DNA from: a virus
Virus record (IMG/VR): IMGVR_UViG_3300031566_000019
Coordinates: 7,681-71,680 of that record
Direction: 5' to 3' (one strand)
DNA: 64,000 nucleotides
Position numbers and translations under genes: made by a program. The notes below the pieces were generated by a model that had not been told where the DNA came from, did no database searches, and saw only the letters and a list, made by a program, of their open reading frames with translations. Shown here piece after piece: positions 27,501 through 35,449 of this stretch. Every line of letters begins with the position of its first letter. The first letter of the stretch is position 1.

Positions 27501-28079
27501 CGAGTTTGGGCCGTACGTGCCAAGGACAGTCGTAAAGATGGACGACGGCACCCCGTCTGGCCTCACCCCCACGGTCAGGAGATCACCCCCGTTAGGCCCC
27601 GCTCCCTGTGCGACGTCCCAAGTCCAGTCGGTGAACGGCGACTTGAGCGTAGAACCCACAACCTCAAAAGAGATCGGGTGCCCCACCAGCGAAGGGCCCT
27701 TGCTGCCGAATGTGTTGGTCCGCCAGTTGTAAGGGACGAAGTTGACCTCTGGAGGCCCGCGTTTGCCGACGTGATGCGTCTTGGACCGGATGGGTACCGG
27801 AGGCCCGAGCGGATCGATACCCTCAATGGGCTCAGGAGGGGTTCCGATCGCGTTGGGAGCGACTCGAGATCCCCAACTGTATTTGTACTGGGCGGCCCAT
27901 GAGCCCGACATCCCCTCGATGACCTTCGCAGCGAGGGCGGCCTTCGCAGCGTTCACCGTGGCGTCACGACTGATGTGCTCTTGCCACGGCTCAAGTGCCA
28001 GACGCGTCTTTCCCTGGGCCTCAAAAGCCTTACGGAGTTTGTCGAGGGTCTCCTTTTCCTGGTCAGTGAAGTCAGCCAT
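24510..28079 (-). CDS. large putative virion protein (1,189 aa)
   Basis: Long Pro/Gly-rich acidic ORF with an AAGGAG RBS, in the structural block. Confidence 0.75.
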   Translation of the reverse strand: MADFTDQEKETLDKLRKAFEAQGKTRLALEPWQEHISRDATVNAAKAALAAKVIEGMSGSWAAQYKYSWGSRVAPNAIGTPPEPIEGIDPLGPPVPIRSKTHHVGKRGPPEVNFVPYNWRTNTFGSKGPSLVGHPISFEVVGSTLKSPFTDWTWDVAQGAGPNGGDLLTVGVRPDGVPSSIFTTVLGTYGPNSTAVPATPWTIGDAAEPNGGLYLIVTDDGANPGSLDTVGGQVPMGALSNFTDTARYEVFRISAITDFTIEIHPNKSFANFFDLPIAGARAIRAITVIKPYVTRLAAIPQSGAPGGNDGVSTSGREQVFVTVSPEQAAGNDNFPPYDSAAGPGSGDGTWIGGGFTNARAPFGSPIGGEPTAYGGSVRLPIPIPVREAIANVEATAFAPSALVGNWTLTVSDSTIYSEPPLFSSRFPIIRINATARADDLPDLTLGSIPNCLGWFDVVGTTVGPDTVVLARVPETDPQTGLTYWGPGPWEATIHGPNVAVGFTLHEPVEALWYNAFRIDKVESARLKNLINPNWVERFEKQLSDPLSIGGGPPPPGGSSAGRPDKAIFDTRRFFGVGLPEAANPGNLMDLGFRMVLFPAIEDPNDATQAIPDFDRPIMGRELVIDGSITTEKQFLEVDYSSGIVRLSLPPPTSRGDIPLAPSDVIPNGIQGITGNNPRGEVVLFGACVPYSMEESQLGTGARVTANRGAGLRDADLYGEEVFAKIMLDSTFAGATTFTVTAPFIGPSADAGGDNAIILDRLWDGPETGVIVITTGSDTSQSLGRWGYTSTRTVVSGAAPRTALLGLSAFPTAFNPDPSLYAGEQTRGVVLRREVFFGTETLSLPAVTDFYAGDTTYGSEARAQTLRFERAKVLPEIDGSISIRPRPDLAAQLDRTTGHIQPSKLRVPADTITNPVPTSTGLLYFAEDGIYKGLAYQADVGHSGGTNPGFLYDHSIPGPLGVGTNRGPSMAIQIRSVEAVSFAGIITQDNATPPGRGSVTTVNNLRFVAKAGILIRNPVTTAKGFIGFVQDESGGGGITPTVGVVPDPAVLAPSFSVIGFQFDLAAAGTWRYWTRGATNPDNILPVVGTSASTGPFIFQGPYYFVIETNRIALNDLDSQIVKMGVYDGEKNLIDSITVSHADQLPVSNGRGLFTAAAIRETPGTPFGMDLSIFSMKIILDSDIDDLPPLP

Positions 28080-28088
28080 GGGAACTCC

Positions 28089-31000
28089 TTACGGGACGGT
28101 AGGCGGACCGAACGGCGCCGTGTCGTTGGGGCCGAGGCCGTTGCTATGACGAAGGAGGGTGACACCCGTCAGGGCGCGCGGGGTGTCTGAGGTAGAACCA
28201 GATCCTCCTTGAGTGAAGTTGTAAGCAATACCCGCGGCTTTGATGCGGGCACGCACCACGACGGGGGCAACCCCAAGTGGAGCGAGTGGGTTGAGTCCCG
28301 AGTTAGCAAACACGTTGACGGAGGGACCCACGTTGATGCGAACCTGACAGAACACAGTACCCGTGACAGCGTCGCGACCATTGAACGTCGCAGTCGGGTC
28401 GATGATCTGGCAACCTGCACCATCCGCGAGAGGGTCTTGTTTGGAAGGACCGTCCATGTCACGGCGCCCCATGTCCATCCACGTCGTAAGACCTGGGATC
28501 TTTGCCTCGAGCGCGATGAAGGCACTTCCCGGCCCCCCTGGTGTGTAGCCGAAGTCAGCGAGCTCAAGGCCGTCGATGCGGAAGGTGAGGAAAGGCTGCC
28601 CAACGACAGTGGGTTCTTTATCCGCATCCGCAACCTGGTTGGAGTACGCGGCATCAAATACACGGAGGTACACGCGCTCAGGATCGACCACGACGTTGTA
28701 GTCGGGCTGCCCCACCGAAGGGGTGAACCCTGTCGTGTAGTCGATTTGCGGGTAGATCAGCATGCCACTGAACGGGCATGGGTTCGTCACGCCATCCGTC
28801 ACCGGAGGATCACGGTCAGGCAGCCCTGACACCTGTGCTTCCGTCGTCACCGCTGCCGCCGAAGAAAGGTCGAGCAGGTGATAGTCGGTGCGCAGGAAGC
28901 TGGCGATGCCGAAGGACACGAGCGCTTCGGAGGCGAACCTCACGGGCAGCTCAAGCGGTCCCGCCACCGGGAACGGAAGCCCCGGTCCCACCAAGTTGCC
29001 CACGAGCAATCCTGCGTTATAGGTCGAGTCGATGCTGACGAGTGCGGAGTCCGCCACCCGATAGACCTCATCGTAGAACCGCTCCTCCACATCTTTGCGC
29101 GGGGTCTCAAGGCTCGGTCGCGGCGGGAAGTCTCCGGGGTCGGTGGTCTTGAAGTTCCCGTAGTCACCGCCGCCGTCAAATGAAGGCGACTGGTTCGTCG
29201 TGTGCATGAGGATGGAGTCCCCACCAGGATTCGGAAACAAGAACGAAATGTTCGGGTCCACCGTATCTTGCTGTTGGACCGGCTTGCGCATGAACAACCG
29301 CAAGCGTGCGTCGTGCGAAAAGTGAGATTGCGTCAGGTCACCGACAGAACGGATGGGGATGTCCCCACCGACAAGAACGATGTCGGCACTGTCGATGGTG
29401 GTGGGGCCGGTGCTCAGGTCCCAAGGACCGCTCACACTGTCCAAATCCACGTAGTCGAAATCCACGCGTTGATAGAAGGAAAGCCCCGTGTATCCGGCTC
29501 CGAGACCGTTGAGCAAATTGCTATCTGCGGTCAGCATCCCCATGTAGAGGACGCCGGGATGCTGGTGCCACAACCCGTTCGTGATGTCCGGGAGCGCGTG
29601 GAGATACCCAAGTCGGAACGCAGTGGACCACAGCCCACTCACACTCCAGTCGAGGGTGTCGATTCTCCAGTTCGTTCCTGGGCCTGACCCGTTCGGGAGG
29701 TGATGCTGCACGCCTGAGACGTACATGACTTCCCCGGGCTCACTAGCGAAGGTGTAGCTTGGCCCGCTGAGAAGAACGAGCGGGTCGTTTTCGTCATCGA
29801 AAATGGCCGACCGATGGAGGTGGTACGCCGAGGACGTAACTGGCGTTGGATTCGTGGTGTCGGTCAGATTGTCAACGCTCTCCGGGTTCGTGTAGTTCAC
29901 CATGTTGGCGCTCCACATCTCGTAACCGAAGAAGAAGTCGTCGGGCATCGTGCCGTCACGAGCAAACGACTCGAAATCGCTTTCCCGTTTGAAATGGAGC
30001 AGGAGGTAGCTCCCCTGGTCGGGGGAGCTCATGAGATCGAAGGTGTGTCGGTAGCGAGAGACCTGGAAAGTCCAGTAGTCCTTCAAGAAGTTCGCGTAAT
30101 CTCCGGCCTGCGTCAGATCCGTTCCCGGATCAAGGGACACAGGAGGCTTCGTGAAGTAGCGAGGCTTCTGAGCAGCGGGCGTGTGTTCGATCCCCGTAGC
30201 ACTCGAGTAGTCATCGAGATACGGGAGCCGGTACTGGAAGAAGTTGTCGTCATTGCCGCCGCCGTTGGCCGCCGTCGTGCCTCCAAGGATGGGGATGCCA
30301 CCAGGGACAATAGGGACGCCTGCATTCAAGTCCGAGCCAAGACGAACTTGACCCGCAGTCGGATCGGCGCCGGCAGGGATCGGGGACCCCGTCAGGACAT
30401 CCAACCCGGTATGAAGCTCGGCCATGTTGTACTGACCGGAGGCACGTCCAGGGAAAGCAAACACGTCGGGGGACCCCTCGGAGAACATGCCCCCGGGGTC
30501 GCCATCACACTCATCATTGATGCCCTGGCCGCACAAGATCGCTGCGACAACACGGGTCGTGAGGGGCTGCGCCAAGAACTCAGGAACGCCTCCGGCCGCC
30601 GGCCAACGAAGCAACGCAATCACACCACGGTCGGCGGGGAACACAGACCCCGACACCACCACTTCGGGATCGGCAGGAGCTGTGAGGCGAACACGAGCGG
30701 TCTCGATGATCGGGCCGATACGAACGAAACCACCTTCGTGCACGGTGCCCGTGCCACCACCAGGGTAGCCCACGTCTTCCACGTTGAACGTCGGGTCCGA
30801 GTTCGGGTCGTCACCGTCTACGGTGAAAGGAGCACCGCGGGTATTGGTCGCTCCGGGGCCAAAAATGACCGGCGTGAACGACTGCTGCGCCTCGAAAGGA
30901 GGGACCCACCACTCGTTGTAGATAAAAAAGTCTTGATTGGGAGAGGCCGGGACCGGGGAAGTCACCTCCCCACGCAGCACGTAACCCGCATCGCGGAGTT

Positions 31001-31316
31001 TGAGACGCCCCCAGTCGGGGACCCCCGTGAAACCGAGGACGGTCGAGAAGTTTCCGATGGTGGGCGGCTTCAAAGGAACAAGCGCACTGAGTTCGTCCAG
31101 GTTGCCCTGCACATCGTCCCCGAAGTAGATGCCTCCCGAGCCCGTGGTCGAGATGGCGGACGCTTCATGGGCTCCCTGCGGGTCGTTGAGATGTGCCTCA
31201 AGACCGTGGTTCTGTCCCTCGATAACCTCGTCCGTGAACGAGTTGGAGTCCACGGAGTTCTGGTTTGCGAGGCCAGTGCCCTTCTTGATGCTGCCGGGAT
31301 CTACGTTACGAGGCAT
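28089..31316 (-). CDS. large putative virion protein (1,075 aa)
   Basis: N-terminal LEAHLNDPQGAHEASAIS..DVQGNLDEL, a motif typical of phage fibre and virion proteins. Confidence 0.75.
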   Translation of the reverse strand: MPRNVDPGSIKKGTGLANQNSVDSNSFTDEVIEGQNHGLEAHLNDPQGAHEASAISTTGSGGIYFGDDVQGNLDELSALVPLKPPTIGNFSTVLGFTGVPDWGRLKLRDAGYVLRGEVTSPVPASPNQDFFIYNEWWVPPFEAQQSFTPVIFGPGATNTRGAPFTVDGDDPNSDPTFNVEDVGYPGGGTGTVHEGGFVRIGPIIETARVRLTAPADPEVVVSGSVFPADRGVIALLRWPAAGGVPEFLAQPLTTRVVAAILCGQGINDECDGDPGGMFSEGSPDVFAFPGRASGQYNMAELHTGLDVLTGSPIPAGADPTAGQVRLGSDLNAGVPIVPGGIPILGGTTAANGGGNDDNFFQYRLPYLDDYSSATGIEHTPAAQKPRYFTKPPVSLDPGTDLTQAGDYANFLKDYWTFQVSRYRHTFDLMSSPDQGSYLLLHFKRESDFESFARDGTMPDDFFFGYEMWSANMVNYTNPESVDNLTDTTNPTPVTSSAYHLHRSAIFDDENDPLVLLSGPSYTFASEPGEVMYVSGVQHHLPNGSGPGTNWRIDTLDWSVSGLWSTAFRLGYLHALPDITNGLWHQHPGVLYMGMLTADSNLLNGLGAGYTGLSFYQRVDFDYVDLDSVSGPWDLSTGPTTIDSADIVLVGGDIPIRSVGDLTQSHFSHDARLRLFMRKPVQQQDTVDPNISFLFPNPGGDSILMHTTNQSPSFDGGGDYGNFKTTDPGDFPPRPSLETPRKDVEERFYDEVYRVADSALVSIDSTYNAGLLVGNLVGPGLPFPVAGPLELPVRFASEALVSFGIASFLRTDYHLLDLSSAAAVTTEAQVSGLPDRDPPVTDGVTNPCPFSGMLIYPQIDYTTGFTPSVGQPDYNVVVDPERVYLRVFDAAYSNQVADADKEPTVVGQPFLTFRIDGLELADFGYTPGGPGSAFIALEAKIPGLTTWMDMGRRDMDGPSKQDPLADGAGCQIIDPTATFNGRDAVTGTVFCQVRINVGPSVNVFANSGLNPLAPLGVAPVVVRARIKAAGIAYNFTQGGSGSTSDTPRALTGVTLLRHSNGLGPNDTAPFGPPTVP

Positions 31317-31319
31317 GCC

Positions 31320-34300
31320 CTACTCCTGATTCCCCGTCGTCATGAGAAGGTTCTTGGTTCGGAAAATGCCGACGCCAGTGTTGCCCTCAGCGTCTGCGAA
31401 CTCGACGTTGTTGTTCGCATCGAGGACGGCCCATCGCGTGATCACCAGGAGGAGCAGTTCATCCTTTCGGAACAACACACTGTCTTGCAGCGATCGAGCA
31501 AGCACTGGGACGAAGACCTTGTGCCGCACGACGTTGCTCATGCCCTGAGCCATCGCCGTGGGACGGTGACTTGAGCGGTTGATGACCGGGTACACAGCGC
31601 GGAACTCGGTGTCCTTGAACGGTGCATCGGTGACAGGGGTGCCTCCGACCGTCCAACCGATCGAACCCTCAGCGGGGACGAGAGAGTGGAGCGCCAACGT
31701 GCCCACCTCCGCATCGAAATCGTCGATGGAGATGTTCGCCGTCGCAGCGAAGTAGTATTCGCCAGGGAACGTGGCAGGTGCCGGCGGCACCTCCGTGCGA
31801 CCGTCGTTGACGGGGAGCTGGTCGAGTGGGGCGAAGTACGGGAACGGGAGCTCCACGCTGCCCATGCCGACCTGACCGGTCCACACGTTCGTGCTGATGT
31901 ACATGGGCTCCACGTTGAGCGTGGAAGGCAACGGCCCAAGAGCCCCGGGGTACGGGAAGTCTTGAATGGTCGTGCTGATGGTGCCTTCCTTGGTGCCCAC
32001 CGTTTGCGGCGCGTTCGTGCGGTAGTAGACCGTCTGCTGGTAGCCCGCGCCGGCTGGTCCGAAGTTCGGCAGAGGGTCCTGAGCAAAGAAACGAACCTCG
32101 CACAAGGTCTGTCCGGCACCTGACAATGGAACGGCAGGCGCAGGGCCGGAAATATCGAGCGTCACAAGGCGCGTGGAGGCTCCGTAGTGCGTGTTCGGGT
32201 CGTCCACGTCCCGAGGGTTCCCATCGTCGCCATCGGTCACGAGGATGGACGTGGAGGCGTCTCCGAAGAACCGGCGAGGCAGCACGAAGGTGGTGGGGTC
32301 CCGGCTGACTACCGTTTCAGGCGTCAGGGTTCCAATGGGGATGCCCGCGTTTCCCCCACCTGCGGTCGGGTCGTTGGCGATGTACTCAATGGCGACTTCA
32401 CGGAACCCTTGTCGGAACTCGGGAGCGCGCCGGTCTTCCATGTCAGTCGGGCGCTGATCGGGTCCTGTGGGGAGCCAGTTCTCGAGCATTGGACCGTAAG
32501 GCCACGGGACAGGATCGGGGACAACCTCGTGGTCGGGAGTGTCGGTCGTGCCGAAGCCCAGGGGATAGGTGATCTCGAGCTCGACGAACACGCGTCGAGG
32601 GGAGCCCACGTCACCACTGATGAGCGTGCCCACCATGTCATGTGCCGCAGCGTTGATGCCTCCGGTGACTTGGGTGGGGTTCACATCAAGCGTGAGCTGT
32701 GCGTGAGGTGTCCCGAGACCGATGACCGTTGTGAGCTTCACGGTCTGATCCACCGCAAAGTTCCAGTTGCCGTCATCGTGGAATACCGAAAGGACATCCG
32801 TGATGGTGGTTCCCGGAGGGGCGAGCGCGGTGAAGAGACCGCCGGGTCCGGGCCACGACTCGACATTCGTTGGATCGAAGTCTCCGAGCGTTGAAGTGTT
32901 GAGCGAACTCAGATCGATGTTGAGCTCGTCCCCCTCAGCCCATCCCGCAAAGGCGGCTGCGAAAGCCGGGCGCACGACATACTCGCCTGGTGTCGTCCCC
33001 GAGACGTCCCCGGGAAGCAAAGCAAACACGACACGCTCCACGACAGGCTGATCCCCGAAGCGACGAGCAACATGGTCGAAGTTGCGAATGGTCTCGCCTC
33101 GAGTCGTGTCTCCCGAAAGTGGGGCCACACCGCCGGCGGCCGCAGTACGACCGACCTCGTTTGCCACGAGGTTGCGCGTAGACACGTCGCCCGAGCCTGC
33201 CCCCATCACCTGCTTGGAAGCGGTATCGATGGCCCACGTCCGCACAGTACCGTCTTGAAGACACTGCATCTGGTACTGGAGTTCCCCGGCGAAATCGTGA
33301 TCGGCGAACTTGACGTGCCGTCGAAGGTCGAGGACATCGTTGTCCACGATCTGGTCTGCGAACACACCATCGGGGCGTCCCGACTCGGTGGGGGCAACGG
33401 CCGCGAACAGATTGGGGTTGGCGATGCCTCCGTGGTCATAGCGGAGACCGCCATTCGTATTCTCAAGCGGATTGAACCCGATACCCGCCGTAGCGTCGTT
33501 CTTGCGGAACACGAAGCAAAGCGGGATCGCATAGACGAACCCATCAATCGTTCCGAGGTCCGACGCAGAAGAGGCGGTGCCCGCTCCGGCGATCCACAAC
33601 CCGTTGTCGAGCAGCCCGTAACCGATATCCGTCCCGGCGACACCATCTCGAGCATCGCTGTTGGCGACCACCGATTTGAGATCAGCAGGCACGAAAGGAT
33701 ACAGGGCAACGGGTGCAACCTGTGTCCCCTGCGCAAGGACAGCGGCGTTGGAGAAGCCGTCTGCTTGGAGTTTGAAGTCGATGCCCTCAGCCGCGCCGGT
33801 GTGCCGGATGCGGTACTGCACTTGGACACGCTTGGTCGTCTCGACCCCCACGATGGGATCTTCGATGTCGTCCTCGAGGGCGACGGTAGTCGAAGAATCC
33901 ACATTGCCGTGTCGGTAGATCGAATCCTGCGTGGGCTTGTTTCCTGTGTCTGCGCCACCCGTCAGGAATCCTCCCGAGGCCAAAATGCCGACGGGGTTGG
34001 AGCTGCCGAGTGTGATGGCGTTTCCAACGACACCTGGAGCATTGGCCGTGATCTGCACGTTGTTGGCGTTCGCCACCGCGGTCACGGAAGGCACCACCGC
34101 ATTGATCGCCGTGGCCAGGTTGCTTGCCGTCACAGCGGGGCTGATCGCGTTGATTTGGAACTGGAAAGCTGCAGGCGGGACGAGGACAGCAGTGAGGATG
34201 ACGCCATCGACCGTCACCGTGTTGCCCACAGCCACTGCAACCGGGTCGTTGACGAACAGGCTCCCCTTGGCGCTAGGGCTCTCGCTGACGAGCGCGAGCC

Positions 34301-34745
34301 AGACCTCAAGGAACACGAAGTCGGTGCGCTTGAACGTCGCGGGGGTGCCGTCGAAAGTGGTGGGCGCGTCAAGCTGAATGACGTTGTCGCCCTTCGTGTC
34401 CGTATCGACGTACTCGATATCGAGCAGCATCCCGGCAACGAGAGCTTGCACCTTCTGCATGTGGAAGGCGTTGGGGATGAAGTCAGGATTCAGCCCGGGG
34501 ATGTAGGGGTCGTCGTAACTGAACTCGTTGTACGCATCGCCCCGCGACTGACCACGCACCCATCCCGAAGGCAAGGTTCGCGCAAGCTGCCGGATACGGT
34601 CGAGATCGCGGACATCCTGCTCAAGGTTCTTCTCCGAGTCGAGAACGAGCTTCCCCTTCTGAGACACGACGGTGTCCCAGGACCGTTCCTTGGGATCAAG
34701 GTAACGGCTGACTGACGTGGGGAAGTACTTCGGGCGAGTAGGCAT
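31320..34745 (-). CDS. virion/baseplate-associated protein, DUF6519/DUF4815-like; paralog of 17978-23665
   Basis: VVSQKGKLVLDSEKN, RTDFVFLEVW, ETTKRVQVQYRIR, GTIDGFVYAIP and RPDGVFADQI..DVLDLRR. Confidence 0.75.
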   Translation of the reverse strand: MPTRPKYFPTSVSRYLDPKERSWDTVVSQKGKLVLDSEKNLEQDVRDLDRIRQLARTLPSGWVRGQSRGDAYNEFSYDDPYIPGLNPDFIPNAFHMQKVQALVAGMLLDIEYVDTDTKGDNVIQLDAPTTFDGTPATFKRTDFVFLEVWLALVSESPSAKGSLFVNDPVAVAVGNTVTVDGVILTAVLVPPAAFQFQINAISPAVTASNLATAINAVVPSVTAVANANNVQITANAPGVVGNAITLGSSNPVGILASGGFLTGGADTGNKPTQDSIYRHGNVDSSTTVALEDDIEDPIVGVETTKRVQVQYRIRHTGAAEGIDFKLQADGFSNAAVLAQGTQVAPVALYPFVPADLKSVVANSDARDGVAGTDIGYGLLDNGLWIAGAGTASSASDLGTIDGFVYAIPLCFVFRKNDATAGIGFNPLENTNGGLRYDHGGIANPNLFAAVAPTESGRPDGVFADQIVDNDVLDLRRHVKFADHDFAGELQYQMQCLQDGTVRTWAIDTASKQVMGAGSGDVSTRNLVANEVGRTAAAGGVAPLSGDTTRGETIRNFDHVARRFGDQPVVERVVFALLPGDVSGTTPGEYVVRPAFAAAFAGWAEGDELNIDLSSLNTSTLGDFDPTNVESWPGPGGLFTALAPPGTTITDVLSVFHDDGNWNFAVDQTVKLTTVIGLGTPHAQLTLDVNPTQVTGGINAAAHDMVGTLISGDVGSPRRVFVELEITYPLGFGTTDTPDHEVVPDPVPWPYGPMLENWLPTGPDQRPTDMEDRRAPEFRQGFREVAIEYIANDPTAGGGNAGIPIGTLTPETVVSRDPTTFVLPRRFFGDASTSILVTDGDDGNPRDVDDPNTHYGASTRLVTLDISGPAPAVPLSGAGQTLCEVRFFAQDPLPNFGPAGAGYQQTVYYRTNAPQTVGTKEGTISTTIQDFPYPGALGPLPSTLNVEPMYISTNVWTGQVGMGSVELPFPYFAPLDQLPVNDGRTEVPPAPATFPGEYYFAATANISIDDFDAEVGTLALHSLVPAEGSIGWTVGGTPVTDAPFKDTEFRAVYPVINRSSHRPTAMAQGMSNVVRHKVFVPVLARSLQDSVLFRKDELLLLVITRWAVLDANNNVEFADAEGNTGVGIFRTKNLLMTTGNQE

Positions 34746-34755
34746 CGGCGACCGC

Positions 34756-35409
34756 CTAGAATGTGAGGCGCCACGTTATGGTCAGGATCGACGTGGCCGG
34801 TTTCGAGATGACCGAGAAGGTCAGGTAGTTGACCAGCTCGTCATAGTTCGAGACGTCGATCGTCGGGTCGTAGGGAGAGCCCCCTTGACCGGCGAAGTTT
34901 GGGTTGTTGTTCTGAACTCCAGTGTTGTCGGAGATCGTGGAAAGCAGACCCATCTCGTTGAGGGGACCAACCGCCTCGGACTCACCGTAAATCGTGGTGA
35001 AGTCCACCACGTTCGTCGCGATGGAGACGGCCGCGCCATTGGCGTCACGGAACGTGGTCTCCGAAAACGACTTGCGCTGAATCTCGTTGTTGAGACGCCG
35101 CTGCTGGTTCCCTGGGGCGTCCGGGTTCAAGACCGCCCCTAGGGCACCGGTGCCAACCGAGAGCATGTTGATGCCGTGTGCGGGCTCGAGCGGGTCCTTC
35201 ATCAGGCGCGCTACGAGAAGCCCTGCATCGAGAGTCACGACGTTGTCCTGCTGCCGCTTGAGCAGGAGCACTTCGGTACGGGCGTCGCGCATCTCGAAAA
35301 AGACGGTGCCTTTGACCGTCAAGAGCGAGGGCTCCGCGTAGCGGTGTCCCATGCCGATCTTGAAGCCGGTTCTGGCCGGCTGGATGTTTTCACGAATGAC
35401 CTTGGGCAT
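34756..35409 (-). CDS. baseplate/tail-collar-like protein
   Basis: NVVT..VGTG..LNNEIQRK..FTTIYGESEAVGPLNEMGL..NYLTFSVISK..LTITWRLTF, the pattern of tail-collar/fibre-attachment domains. Confidence 0.65.
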   Translation of the reverse strand: MPKVIRENIQPARTGFKIGMGHRYAEPSLLTVKGTVFFEMRDARTEVLLLKRQQDNVVTLDAGLLVARLMKDPLEPAHGINMLSVGTGALGAVLNPDAPGNQQRRLNNEIQRKSFSETTFRDANGAAVSIATNVVDFTTIYGESEAVGPLNEMGLLSTISDNTGVQNNNPNFAGQGGSPYDPTIDVSNYDELVNYLTFSVISKPATSILTITWRLTF

Positions 35410-35417
35410 TGGGACTC

Positions 35418-35439
35418 CCTGTTATTTGCCTCTGATAGG
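35418..35439 (-). promoter_or_regulatory. variant of the candidate late promoter (CCTAT-N13-CAGG)
   Basis: Lies in a 40-bp intergenic gap; spacing is 1 nt shorter than the three exact copies. Confidence 0.35.
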
Positions 35440-35449
35440 ACGAAAACCG

